The notes: generated by a model not told the origin, from the sequence alone. Shown: positions 55,428-64,000, numbered from the stretch's first letter. The stretch: 64,000 nt of DNA from a bacterium (GCA_022779465.1 JALFTB010000018.1:8773-72772), one strand, 5' to 3'. Numbers and translations are program-made.

Positions 55428-55655
55428 ATGGTGGATAGTACTATTATAATGATAGTTGGTTTTATTGTATCTCTAATTGCAATTGTAACTCCGATAGTAA
55501 AACTTAATACTAATATAACTAAACTTAATATGACTATGACTTGTTTAAATGAAGCAATGGAAGAAGTTATTAAAAATATAGATAATCATGAGAAGAGAAT
55601 CATATACTTAGAGAGTATAGTTAAAGGAGGTACTGATGGAGATTACAATTCCTAG
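55428..55655 (+). CDS. BhlA/UviB-like small membrane protein (holin-like, tentative)
   Basis: Single N-terminal TM 'IIMIVGFIVSLIAIVTPIV', then the coiled segment 'LNEAMEEVIKNIDNHEKRIIYLESIV'. Start uncertain (ATG 55419, ATG 55428 or GTG 55431). Confidence 0.5.
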   Translation: MVDSTIIMIVGFIVSLIAIVTPIVKLNTNITKLNMTMTCLNEAMEEVIKNIDNHEKRIIYLESIVKGGTDGDYNS

Positions 55656-55881
55656 TATTATAACTTTTGTCACACTTATTATGGGTATGATAAGTAAAAA
55701 GTTTAGTATTATGAATAGTAAACATATACCATTTCAAAATGTTTTAATAGGTATAGTATCTGGTGTATTAGTTTTTTTAACTGATTTAGAACCAAATATT
55801 TTAAATGCTATTATTACATGTTTGATTGCATCACTTGGTGCTGGTGGATTATATGATACTATAAAAGCCAAAAGTAAGTAA
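55636..55881 (+). CDS. phage-type holin-like small membrane protein (tentative)
   Basis: 81 aa with 2-3 TM spans: 'IITFVTLIMGMISKKF', 'NVLIGIVSGVLVFL' and 'IITCLIASLGAGGLYD'. 20-nt overlap with the preceding gene. Confidence 0.5.
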   Translation: MEITIPSIITFVTLIMGMISKKFSIMNSKHIPFQNVLIGIVSGVLVFLTDLEPNILNAIITCLIASLGAGGLYDTIKAKSK

Positions 55882-55907
55882 AAGGGATTCGTCTCTTTTA
55901 TTTTGAC

Positions 55908-55965
55908 TTGACAATTGAATGAGCATTCAACTATAATTGTAATAGTTGAGTAAGTGTTCAACTAT
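55908..55965 (+). promoter_or_regulatory. promoter TTGACA-N18-TATAAT with two ArsR/SmtB-type palindromic operators
   Basis: TTGACA at 55908-55913. TTGAATG-AG-CATTCAA at 55915-55930, between -35 and -10. TATAAT at 55932-55937. ATAGTTGA-N8-TCAACTAT at 55942-55965. Confidence 0.65.
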
Positions 55966-55975
55966 GGAGGACGTT

Positions 55976-56338
55976 ATGACAAAGAATGAATTTGTTTGTG
56001 ATTGTAATATAATACATGAAGATAGAGTTAGTAATGTTAAAAAGAATATTCCAAATGAATATACTTTTAATGATTTAGCCGATCTTTTTAAATTAATTGG
56101 TGATACTACAAGATGTAAAATTTTATTTACTTTAGATAATAATGAAATGTGTGTGTGTGATATTGCAAATGTTCTTAGTATGACTAAGTCAGCTGTATCA
56201 CATCAGTTAGCTACTTTAAGAAGAAGTGGTGTTGTAAAATGTCGTAAAAGTGGTAAAGAAGTTTATTATACTTTGGATGATGAACATATAACAAAATTAT
56301 TTGAAATTGGCTTAGAACATATAAGCCATAGAAGATAG
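55976..56338 (+). CDS. ArsR/SmtB-family metalloregulator (CadC-like)
   Basis: 'FVCDCN' N-terminal Cys pair plus 'EMCVCDIANVLSMTKSAVSHQLATLRRSGVV' (the ELCVCD-type alpha3 site and HTH). GGAGG before ATG 55976. Confidence 0.88.
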   Translation: MTKNEFVCDCNIIHEDRVSNVKKNIPNEYTFNDLADLFKLIGDTTRCKILFTLDNNEMCVCDIANVLSMTKSAVSHQLATLRRSGVVKCRKSGKEVYYTLDDEHITKLFEIGLEHISHRR

Positions 56339-56345
56339 GTGGATT

Positions 56346-58178
56346 ATGGAAGAAAAAGAAGATTTATATAAAGTTATTATATCTACATTAATATTTTTTA
56401 TTGCTTTATTAATTGATAATGTAACTTTAAAAATAATTTTATATTTTATTGCTTATATTGTGGTTTCTTATGAAATAATAATTAATGCAGTTAAGAATAT
56501 TTTAAAAGGTGAAATTTTTGATGAAAATTTCTTAATGGCACTAGCAACAATAGGAGCAATATGTATAAAAGAATATCCAGAAGCTGTAACTGTTATGCTT
56601 TTATATCAAATAGGTGAATTATTTCAAGATTATGCTGTTAACAAATCAAGAAAATCTATTAGTGAATTAATGGATATTAAACCTGATTATGCTTGGCTTA
56701 TTAAAAATAATAAAACTAACAAAGTTGATCCAAGTGATGTTAATATTAATGATATTATTGTTGTTAAACCAGGAGAGAAAATTCCTCTTGATGGAATTAT
56801 TGTAGAGGGAGAATCAATGCTTAATACAGTTGCTTTAACTGGTGAAGCACCTTATCGTAATGTTCAAGTTAATGATGAAGTAATAAGTGGGTGTATTAAT
56901 GTTAATGGCACTTTAAAAGTCAAGGTAACTAAGACTTATGAAAATTCAACTGTTAGCAAAATTTTAGATTTAGTGGAAAATGCTAGTAACAAAAAATCTA
57001 AATCTGAAAATTTTATTACTAAATTTGCTAAATATTATACACCGATAGTTATTATAATTGCAGTAATTCTTGCTTTTATTCCCCCATTAGTAACTCATAG
57101 TAGTTTTACTCCATGGCTTTATAGAGCATTATCATTTTTAGTTGTTTCTTGTCCATGTGCATTAGTTATATCTGTACCTCTAAGTTTTTTTGGAGGTATA
57201 GGAGCAGCATCAAGAGATGGTATTTTAATTAAAGGAAGTAATTATTTAGAAAAATTAGCTAATTGTGAAATAATTGTTTGTGATAAGACGGGAACTTTAA
57301 CTGAAGGTGTATTTAAGGTTCAAAAGGTTGTTTCTAAAGATTATAAAGAAGAAGATTTATTATTTTATGCTTCTGCAGCTGAATATTATTCTAATCATCC
57401 AATAGCTTTATCTTTAAAGGAAGCTAGTCAAAAGGAAGTTGATATTAATAAAATAAAAAATACTAAAGAATATGCTGGTAAGGGTGTAGAGATATCTTAT
57501 GACCATAAAAAAATTATAGTTGGAAATGAAAAGTTATTTAAAGATAAAAAGATAGAAATTGAAGAAGTTAGTGATAAGGGTACAATTATTTTTGTAGCAG
57601 TTAATAATAAGTATGCTGGTTATATTGTAATATCTGATAAAATTAAAGATGATTCATATGTAGCAATGGAGTTGTTTAAAAATAGTTCTATTAATAAAGT
57701 GGTAATGCTTACTGGAGATAAAGAAAGTGCATCAAAGGATGTTTGTGATGAGTTAGATATAGATGAATATTATTCTGAGTTGCTTCCACAAGATAAAGTT
57801 GAACTTGTTGAAAAATTAATGGAAGAGAAAAATCCTAGCAATAGTTTAGTATTTATTGGTGATGGAATTAATGATGCACCAGTACTTGCTCTTTGTGATA
57901 TTGGTATTTCAATGGGAGCAATTGGTTCTGATGCGGCAATAGAAGCTTCTGATGTAGTTATTATGACTGATGAAATATCTAAGGTTAGTAAAGCTATAAA
58001 TATTTCTAAAAAAACTATGAGAATAGTTAGAGAAAATATTATTTTAGCAATTGCTGTAAAGGTGGCTATATTAATACTGGCTTCAATAGGAGTTGCAAAT
58101 ATGTGGGCAGCGGTATTTGCTGATGTTGGAGTATCGTTCTTAGCGATTTTAAATGCACTTAGATTATTGAAAAAATAA
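56346..58178 (+). CDS. P1B-type heavy-metal (Cd/Zn/Pb-type) translocating ATPase without an N-terminal metal-binding domain
   Basis: 'VSCPCALVIS' (CPC), 'CDKTGTLT', 'LTGDK' and 'GDGINDAPVLA'. The protein begins directly with TM segments. Confidence 0.92.
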   Translation: MEEKEDLYKVIISTLIFFIALLIDNVTLKIILYFIAYIVVSYEIIINAVKNILKGEIFDENFLMALATIGAICIKEYPEAVTVMLLYQIGELFQDYAVNKSRKSISELMDIKPDYAWLIKNNKTNKVDPSDVNINDIIVVKPGEKIPLDGIIVEGESMLNTVALTGEAPYRNVQVNDEVISGCINVNGTLKVKVTKTYENSTVSKILDLVENASNKKSKSENFITKFAKYYTPIVIIIAVILAFIPPLVTHSSFTPWLYRALSFLVVSCPCALVISVPLSFFGGIGAASRDGILIKGSNYLEKLANCEIIVCDKTGTLTEGVFKVQKVVSKDYKEEDLLFYASAAEYYSNHPIALSLKEASQKEVDINKIKNTKEYAGKGVEISYDHKKIIVGNEKLFKDKKIEIEEVSDKGTIIFVAVNNKYAGYIVISDKIKDDSYVAMELFKNSSINKVVMLTGDKESASKDVCDELDIDEYYSELLPQDKVELVEKLMEEKNPSNSLVFIGDGINDAPVLALCDIGISMGAIGSDAAIEASDVVIMTDEISKVSKAINISKKTMRIVRENIILAIAVKVAILILASIGVANMWAAVFADVGVSFLAILNALRLLKK

Positions 58179-58234
58179 TAATTTCTAAATAAGATAAAAT
58201 ATGTTATACTTTTGTTATAGTAAAGAGGTGCTTT

Positions 58235-58624
58235 ATGAAAAAAATATTAAAAGTGCTTATTGTGATTTTAGTTTTATTAGTTATTGGAGGAGTTTGCTTT
58301 TTTGCTTTTCAAGAAATTACTCCAGTTGATGATACTAAAAAATTATATATAACATGTAATAATAATACTAATAGTTATGATTTATACTCGAGTGCTAAAT
58401 TTACATTTGCTGAAAATGATGAAAATTGTAAATTAGAAATTGATGTTAGAAACGTAGAAAGATCATATTTAAAGATTGTTACTAATAGAAATTTTTATGC
58501 TTTAAATGGAAATCAAGAAATTGATATTAATTCATTAAATGAGAATGTTTATTTAATTCCTAATGAAAAAAAAGTATTGTATGGATTAGATAAAAAAACT
58601 AAATTTGAATTCATATATAGATAA
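58235..58624 (+). CDS. hypothetical secreted or membrane-anchored protein
   Basis: N-terminal anchor 'VLIVILVLLVIGGVCFFAF'. AAGAGGTG RBS. No recognisable domain. Confidence 0.6.
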   Translation: MKKILKVLIVILVLLVIGGVCFFAFQEITPVDDTKKLYITCNNNTNSYDLYSSAKFTFAENDENCKLEIDVRNVERSYLKIVTNRNFYALNGNQEIDINSLNENVYLIPNEKKVLYGLDKKTKFEFIYR

Positions 58625-58651
58625 GATGCAATTGCATCTTATTTTTATTTT
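58623..58651 (+). terminator. rho-independent terminator
   Basis: AAGATGC-AATT-GCATCTT hairpin followed by a T-rich tail. Confidence 0.6.
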
Positions 58652-58743
58652 ACATTCTACTTGATTATCAAAAAAAGTCTGATAAAATATGGTTATAAAT
58701 TTATTTGTTTATGATATAATTTAATTGGATGAGGAGCTTGTAT

Positions 58744-60297
58744 ATGAAGAAAATATTATTATTTTTTAGTTTATTATTACTTCCTTTAGGAGTTAACGCA
58801 GATAATGGGAATTTAGTTGTTACTTGTGATAATGATAAGATTAAATTAAATGATCAAGTTATATGTAGAGTATCTGCTAATGGTGAATATTCTTATAATA
58901 AAATAAGTTTTAAATTGAATATTGATGATAAGTTATCTCTTGTTGATATTAGAAGTAATTATGAAAAAGTATGGTCAATAAAAAATAATAATAATGTTAT
59001 AGAAGCTACTTCTAAAAGTTATCAAAATGGATTACAAGAATTTGGAATTATATTACTTAAAGGAAAGAGTTCTGGTGTAAGTAACATTAAATTAAGTAAT
59101 GTTAAATTTCATTCTGAAAATGAAGATTTGGAATTAGAAGATTCTGAAACTAATATAAAAGTAATATCTGCAGATAATTATTTAAGTGATATTAAGATTA
59201 ATGATAAATCATTAAGTGGTTTTGATGTTGATACTTTAAAATATACTTATGAAGTAGATAAAGATACTAAAAAAATTAAAATTGAAGGTATAAGTAGAAA
59301 TGAATTTGCTAATGTAAGTGGTACTGGTGAATTTGATTTATCTTTAAAAAATAATGAATTTATTTTTCCAATTAAAGTAATTAGCGAAAGCGGAAATTCT
59401 AAAATATATGTTGTAAGAGTTGTTAGAAAAGATTTTAATACTAATAATATAGATAAGACTTTAAAGTCTATTATGCTTAAGGATGATTCAGGGAATACTT
59501 TACTATTTAGTTTTAAAAGTAATGTTTATGATTATAATATTGATGTAAAAAATAATGTTACTAGTTTAACTATTAGTCCTACTTTAAATAATGAAGATGT
59601 CTCTTTTGTAAAAAATTATGGTAAACAAACGATAAAACTAAGCCCAGGTGCTAATTTAGTTTTAATTAAAATTAAAGATAGTGATGGACAAATAGTTACT
59701 TATAGTTTAAATATTACTAAACCTTTAGATAATTCATCTTCTGATAGTTATTTAAAATCTCTTGTTATTAAAGATTATAAATTAGATTTTAGTAAGAAAG
59801 TTAAACGATATATATTAAATATAAATAGTGGAACTAAAAAGTTAGACATTAGTGCAATTGCTAATAATGATAAAGCAAGCATTAAAATTAGTGGTAATGA
59901 CAATTTAAAAGAAGGAAGTATTATTAAAATTATAGTTACTGCGGAAAATGAAACTAGAACGGTTTATCAAATTACTGTTCATATTGTTAAAAAGAGTATT
60001 ATCCCATATATTGTTTCATTTATTATAGTTTTAGCTTTAGCTTATGGTGGATACAATTATTATAAAAACTTAAAACTTAAACGAAAGAGAGAATTAGAAA
60101 TTAAATTAGAACAAGAACGTTTAAGATTAGAAGAAGAAAAAAGAAGACTTGAAGCTGAAAAGAAAAAGAATACTAAAAAGAAAACTACTGCTAAGAAAGG
60201 TACTATTAGGAAAAATAACTCTAGTACTAAAAAGAAGAGTAGTGGTACTAAAACTTCTGTAAAGAAAAATGTTAAAAAGGTTTCTAAGAAAAAATAG
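58744..60297 (+). CDS. surface protein: cohesin-like N-domain, three cadherin-like beta-sandwich repeats, TM anchor and K-rich tail
   Basis: Signal peptide 'MKKILLFFSLLLLPLGVNA'. Three repeats beginning 'YLSDIKINDKSLSGFD...', 'LKSIMLKDDSGNTL...' and 'YLKSLVIKDYKLDF...'. TM 'IIPYIVSFIIVLALAYGG'. Tail 'KKKNTKKKTTAKKG...'. GAGGAG before ATG 58744. Confidence 0.75.
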   Translation: MKKILLFFSLLLLPLGVNADNGNLVVTCDNDKIKLNDQVICRVSANGEYSYNKISFKLNIDDKLSLVDIRSNYEKVWSIKNNNNVIEATSKSYQNGLQEFGIILLKGKSSGVSNIKLSNVKFHSENEDLELEDSETNIKVISADNYLSDIKINDKSLSGFDVDTLKYTYEVDKDTKKIKIEGISRNEFANVSGTGEFDLSLKNNEFIFPIKVISESGNSKIYVVRVVRKDFNTNNIDKTLKSIMLKDDSGNTLLFSFKSNVYDYNIDVKNNVTSLTISPTLNNEDVSFVKNYGKQTIKLSPGANLVLIKIKDSDGQIVTYSLNITKPLDNSSSDSYLKSLVIKDYKLDFSKKVKRYILNINSGTKKLDISAIANNDKASIKISGNDNLKEGSIIKIIVTAENETRTVYQITVHIVKKSIIPYIVSFIIVLALAYGGYNYYKNLKLKRKRELEIKLEQERLRLEEEKRRLEAEKKKNTKKKTTAKKGTIRKNNSSTKKKSSGTKTSVKKNVKKVSKKK

Positions 60298-60360
60298 AAA
60301 TCTTTTTTATTGTCTTTTTTTACGATTTATGATAATATATGCAGGCTTGGGGGTTAAAAA

Positions 60361-61146
60361 ATGAAATTAAAAGTAACAAGTGTAAATGAATTAATTTTAA
60401 ATGGTGCGTTATGGCCTACTTATAGAGTTTCAAAACCACAATATAGTGATAGTCAAGTAAATAGATATTTTTATTATTCAAAGACATCTAATCACCATTT
60501 ATATTTTTTAGTGAAGAAATTATTTAAAACTATTTCTGACAATTATGATATTTGTTTAACAAATGCAAGAGATACTAAATTAATTGAAAAAATTGATAAA
60601 GTTATTGAATTATTACATTTTGATGATATTTCTTTTACTGATACTTATAAATGTTTGGATATGTCTGCTGCTTTATTACTTGAAGATAATGCTTATAGTA
60701 GTAGATATAAGACTAAACCTAATGTTGTAGAGCAGGTTGATACTCATTATTATGGGGGTGGATATGGCGTTAAAGGCTTATGGGCTGAATTATTTGATTT
60801 ATTAACAATTTGTGAAAAACAAAAAATATTACATTCACAAGATTTTATTGCTTATTTAAGATATTTAAAAAATCTTATTCAAGAATATGGAACAAATAGT
60901 TATAAGAACTTAAAGTTAACAGCAGCAGATTTAGTTCTTGCTGATAAAGAAAGTAATTTTATAGTTAAGCCTGAGTTAGAATTAGTAACTGCTGAAGATA
61001 TTGCTTATAAAATGGCAGAAATTCAGGCCACAGATTTATGTCATTCAAGAGGCTTATTTAATAAAATGCCATTATCAGTAATGATAAAAACTGTTGATTC
61101 GTTTGATAGTACTAGAAGACTAGTTTTAGAAAAAGCTAAAAATTAG
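60361..61146 (+). CDS. hypothetical protein
   Basis: 261-aa ORF with a GGGGG RBS region. No recognisable motif. Confidence 0.6.
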   Translation: MKLKVTSVNELILNGALWPTYRVSKPQYSDSQVNRYFYYSKTSNHHLYFLVKKLFKTISDNYDICLTNARDTKLIEKIDKVIELLHFDDISFTDTYKCLDMSAALLLEDNAYSSRYKTKPNVVEQVDTHYYGGGYGVKGLWAELFDLLTICEKQKILHSQDFIAYLRYLKNLIQEYGTNSYKNLKLTAADLVLADKESNFIVKPELELVTAEDIAYKMAEIQATDLCHSRGLFNKMPLSVMIKTVDSFDSTRRLVLEKAKN

Positions 61147-61180
61147 TCTTTTTTTATGTTAAGATATATTTGGTGATAAA

Positions 61181-61690
61181 ATGACAATTAAAGTTTTAAA
61201 AGAAGATATAACTAATCTTGATGTTGATATTATTGTAAATGCTGCAAATAAGTCTTTACTTGGTGGTGGCGGAGTAGATGGAGCAATTCATCGTAAAGCA
61301 GGAAGGGAATTATATAATGAATGTTTGACTCTTGGTGGATGTGAAACTGGTGAAGCTAAGATGACTGATGCTTATAATTTGCCTTGTAAAAAAATTATTC
61401 ATACTGTCGGGCCAGTTTATAATGGTGGTAAGTATAATGAAGTTGTAAAGTTAAAAAATTGTTATAAAAATTCTATGCTATTAGCTAAAAAGTATATGAA
61501 TGATAATAACTTAAATGAGATTAGTATAGCTTTTCCTTGTATAAGTACTGGTGTTTATCATTATCCAAAAAGGGAGGCAGCTACGATTGCAATTAATACT
61601 ATAAAAGAATTTGATAATGAAAATATAAATGTGATTTTTGTTTGTTTTTTAGATGAAGATTATCTATTATATTTAAATTTACTAAAATAA
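61181..61690 (+). CDS. macro-domain protein (MacroD/YmdB-type ADP-ribose hydrolase)
   Basis: 'VDIIVNAANKSLLGGGGVDGAIHRKAG', 'IIHTVGPVY' and 'IAFPCISTGVYHYP'. Confidence 0.9.
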   Translation: MTIKVLKEDITNLDVDIIVNAANKSLLGGGGVDGAIHRKAGRELYNECLTLGGCETGEAKMTDAYNLPCKKIIHTVGPVYNGGKYNEVVKLKNCYKNSMLLAKKYMNDNNLNEISIAFPCISTGVYHYPKREAATIAINTIKEFDNENINVIFVCFLDEDYLLYLNLLK

Positions 61691-61711
61691 AAAGATGCTC
61701 AGCATCTTTTT
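61689..61711. terminator. bidirectional terminator
   Basis: AAAAGATGC-TCA-GCATCTTTT hairpin between convergent genes. Confidence 0.65.
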
Positions 61712-62258
61712 ATAATATATCTTTAATTAAACTATTGGCTTTTTCTTTTAAATCTTCAATACTTCCATCATTTTGGATAATGTAATCATAATTTGTATAG
61801 TTATTTAAGCCAATTTCAGTGGCATGATGTTGTTCTTTAGAAGTTAGTTCACTTTCAAGTGATGGTCTTTCGATTTTAATTTTTACTGAATTATCATAAG
61901 CTTTTGTAACTAAATCTAATTCTTCTGGTAATCTTGCATCAGAAATGGTAATAATATCACAAAAATAACTTAATACTTTAATGTCATCAATTATTCTTTT
62001 AATAAAAAACTCATTATCGATTTGATATCTGATTACTTCGGTACCTAATTGTTGAAGTAGAGTTCTTGGCTTAGTTTCTTCAGAACCATCCCAATCACTT
62101 AAGATTTTAGCATACATTTTAATATAATAAGAAAATTGTAAATTAGCATATTTTAGATTATTTTTTTCGGCATAATCTTTAACGAAAGATGCAAAGGTAT
62201 CTTTGCCTGCTCTAGCTTTACCAGCTAATATAATTATTTTGGGATTTTTTGTATTCAT
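61710..62258 (-). CDS. P-loop kinase, phage-type dNMP kinase-like
   Basis: 'KIIILAGKARAGKDTFA' and 'RTLLQQLGTEVIRYQIDNEFFIKR' resemble the deoxynucleoside-monophosphate kinase family. Confidence 0.65.
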   Translation of the reverse strand: MNTKNPKIIILAGKARAGKDTFASFVKDYAEKNNLKYANLQFSYYIKMYAKILSDWDGSEETKPRTLLQQLGTEVIRYQIDNEFFIKRIIDDIKVLSYFCDIITISDARLPEELDLVTKAYDNSVKIKIERPSLESELTSKEQHHATEIGLNNYTNYDYIIQNDGSIEDLKEKANSLIKDIL

Positions 62259-62371
62259 AATTTTTCTCCTTGTAAAAATTATAACATAATATTCATAAGA
62301 TATTCACAAAAATGAATTATATTGATAATGGAAATTTTTGATGATATATTATTATGGGATGGTGGGTTTTT

Positions 62372-64000
62372 ATGCTAGAAATTAAGAAAATTCATAAAGT
62401 TTATACTACAGATAATTTTAAACAAACTGCTTTAGATAATGTTAGTTTAAATTTTAGAGAAAGTGAATTTGTTTCAATTTTAGGCCCTTCTGGTAGTGGT
62501 AAAACTACGTTATTAAATATTATTGGTGGCTTAGATAAGTATACTTCTGGTGATTTAATTATTAATGGAGTAAGTACTAAAAAATATAATGATAGAGATT
62601 GGGATACTTATCGTAATCATAAGATAGGATTTGTTTTTCAAAGCTATAATTTAATATCTCATCAAAGTGTTTTATCTAATGTAGAACTTGCTTTAACTTT
62701 ATCTGGTGTTTCTTCTTCTGAAAGAAAAGAAAGAGCTAAAGAAGCCTTAAAACAGGTAGGTTTAGAGAAACACATTAATAAAAGACCTAATCAATTATCT
62801 GGTGGACAAATGCAGAGAGTTGCCATAGCTAGGGCATTAATTAATGATCCAGATATAATATTAGCCGATGAACCTACTGGAGCATTAGACTCAGAAACTA
62901 GCAAACAAATAATGGATATTTTAAAAAAGATATCTAAAGATAAATTAGTAATAATGGTTACACATAATCCAGAACTTGCTAAAGAATATTCAAGTAGAAT
63001 AATTAAGTTAAAAGATGGTAAGGTAATTGATGACTCTAATCCTTATAAAGAAGCTAAAAAAGAAGAAAAAGAAAATGTTAAAGTTAATAAGACTTCAATG
63101 TCATTTTGGACTGCGCTTAGTTTATCGTTTAATAATTTGATGATAAAGAAAAAAAGAACTATATTGGTTGCGTTTGCAGGATCAATTGGAATAATTGGAA
63201 TTGCTTTAATTTTATCTTTATCTAATGGTTTTCAAAAATATATAGATAAGTTACAAGAAGATACTTTAACTTCTTATCCTTTAATGATAACTAAACAAAA
63301 TGCAGATATGACTTCGATGTTACTTTCAATGGTTAGTGGAGATAAGAGTGATACTAACAATGATAAGAAAGTTACTGAGAAACAATATATGACTTCGATG
63401 TTTTCAAGTGTAAGTGCTAATAATTTAAAAAATTTTAAGAAATATTTAGAAGAAAATTATAGTAAAGTAGAAAATGATATTTCTTCAGTTAAATATAATT
63501 ATGGAATTAGTCCTTTAATATATACTTATGATGTTAATGGTAATTTAGCTAAGTTAAATCCTAGTACGATGATAAATAATTTTTATAGTAGTAGTGCATC
63601 ATCAATGATTTCAACTTATTCTAGTGTATTTAGTCAAATGATAGATGATCAAGAAATGCTTAAAGAGCAATATAACTTGCTTGAAGGTAAATGGCCTAGT
63701 AATTATGATGAACTTATAATTGTTTTGTCTGAACCTAATTCGATATCTGATATGCTTGTTTATTCACTTGGATTAAGAGACACTAATGAATTAAATACAA
63801 TGATAAGTGAAATGATGGCTGGAGAAGAAATTGATATTAAAAATGAACCTAAAACTTTTACTTATGATGATTTAATGAATATAGATTTAAAACTTTTTAA
63901 AGCAACAGATCTATATAAATATAATGTAAAATATAATATTTATGAAGATATGTCTGATGATAACAGCTATATGAAAGATTTATATAGGAATGCAACTAAA
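62372..64000 (+). CDS. MacB/FtsX-type ABC transporter, fused ATPase-permease (3' partial, runs off the window)
   Basis: Not in the ORF track because it is open-ended. 'GPSGSGKTTLLNIIGG', 'LSGGQMQRVAIARAL' and 'ILADEPTGALD', then TM 'ILVAFAGSIGIIGIALILSL' and a large extracytoplasmic region. Confidence 0.88.
   Translation, partial: MLEIKKIHKVYTTDNFKQTALDNVSLNFRESEFVSILGPSGSGKTTLLNIIGGLDKYTSGDLIINGVSTKKYNDRDWDTYRNHKIGFVFQSYNLISHQSVLSNVELALTLSGVSSSERKERAKEALKQVGLEKHINKRPNQLSGGQMQRVAIARALINDPDIILADEPTGALDSETSKQIMDILKKISKDKLVIMVTHNPELAKEYSSRIIKLKDGKVIDDSNPYKEAKKEEKENVKVNKTSMSFWTALSLSFNNLMIKKKRTILVAFAGSIGIIGIALILSLSNGFQKYIDKLQEDTLTSYPLMITKQNADMTSMLLSMVSGDKSDTNNDKKVTEKQYMTSMFSSVSANNLKNFKKYLEENYSKVENDISSVKYNYGISPLIYTYDVNGNLAKLNPSTMINNFYSSSASSMISTYSSVFSQMIDDQEMLKEQYNLLEGKWPSNYDELIIVLSEPNSISDMLVYSLGLRDTNELNTMISEMMAGEEIDIKNEPKTFTYDDLMNIDLKLFKATDLYKYNVKYNIYEDMSDDNSYMKDLYRNATK

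Noticed and set aside
55374-55881. Prophage lysis cassette.
   Set aside because: No endolysin, integrase or structural genes are adjacent, and the flanking genes are ordinary chromosomal functions. It is listed as an orphan holin-like pair instead.
2492-55961. Short ORFs in the track that lie antisense inside longer genes: 2492-2713, 8433-8699, 11161-11409, 12990-13199, 17610-17795, 20227-20427, 25515-25754, 27115-27330, 30175-30453, 42693-42896, 45099-45308, 49034-49255, 50352-50606, 51017-51199, 55207-55410 and 55734-55961.
   Set aside because: Each is embedded in, or mostly overlaps, the opposite strand of a CDS with clear family motifs. Their translations are low-complexity and S/L/F/I/K-rich, as expected from antisense reading of AT-rich genes. 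None has a convincing RBS.
60361-61690. DarT-DarG-type toxin-antitoxin pair.
   Set aside because: The macro protein is a short stand-alone MacroD/YmdB type without the DarG C-terminal domain. The upstream 261-aa protein shows no DarT (DUF4433)-like motifs that I can recognise. I kept it only as a low-confidence hypothesis in the findings.
1-64000. CRISPR arrays, rRNA genes, transposases, integrases, IS elements or prophage structural genes.
   Set aside because: I saw no regularly spaced direct repeats and no recombinase or transposase motifs in any ORF. The only repeats are coding ones (LysM units, cadherin-like units, Thr/Lys-rich linkers).

Overview
Very AT-rich, gene-dense chromosomal segment with about 62 protein genes and one tRNA. 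There is no rRNA, CRISPR array, transposase or integrase. TGA acts as a stop codon (ATGA stop/start overlaps at 12875-12878 and 36992-36995), so this is the standard bacterial code, not the Mycoplasma code. Peptidoglycan and teichoic-acid genes (VanY-like M15 peptidase, GH25 muramidase, Amidase_3-LysM, LCP, YfhO/LtaS) indicate a cell-walled low-GC Bacillota. A reduced-genome gut Bacilli or Erysipelotrichales-type lineage is only a guess. Housekeeping content: rplM-rpsI, tilS-ftsH (no hpt between them), parA-parB-mscS-DUF951, gltX, tRNA-Glu(CUC), htpG, hsp20 and addB-addA. Accessory content: a TetR-linked pair of ABC-2 exporters, a CadC-like ArsR regulator with a P1B ATPase, a surface protein with cadherin-like repeats, an anchored thermonuclease, a macro-domain protein, three odd P-loop kinase-like genes and many unknowns. 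I moved several ORF-track starts to RBS-supported internal starts. Most interesting observations: (1) a three-gene operon (21016-24012) of unknown proteins built from mTERF-like helical repeats; (2) a tightly coupled minus-strand operon that opens with a cytoplasmic trypsin-fold protein lacking two catalytic-triad residues, followed by a P-loop kinase and an M15 peptidase, and runs co-directionally into a minimised addBA plus an extra compact UvrD-like helicase; (3) a 1461-aa YfhO-LtaS fusion next to an LCP-PASTA protein; (4) two identical-architecture CIRCE operators inside the promoters of htpG and hsp20; (5) an HD (ppGpp-hydrolase-like) domain fused to a degenerate P-loop domain; (6) a VTE5-like/DUF92 (VTE6-like) kinase pair. 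All functional calls rest on motifs read from the translations. No database search was possible.
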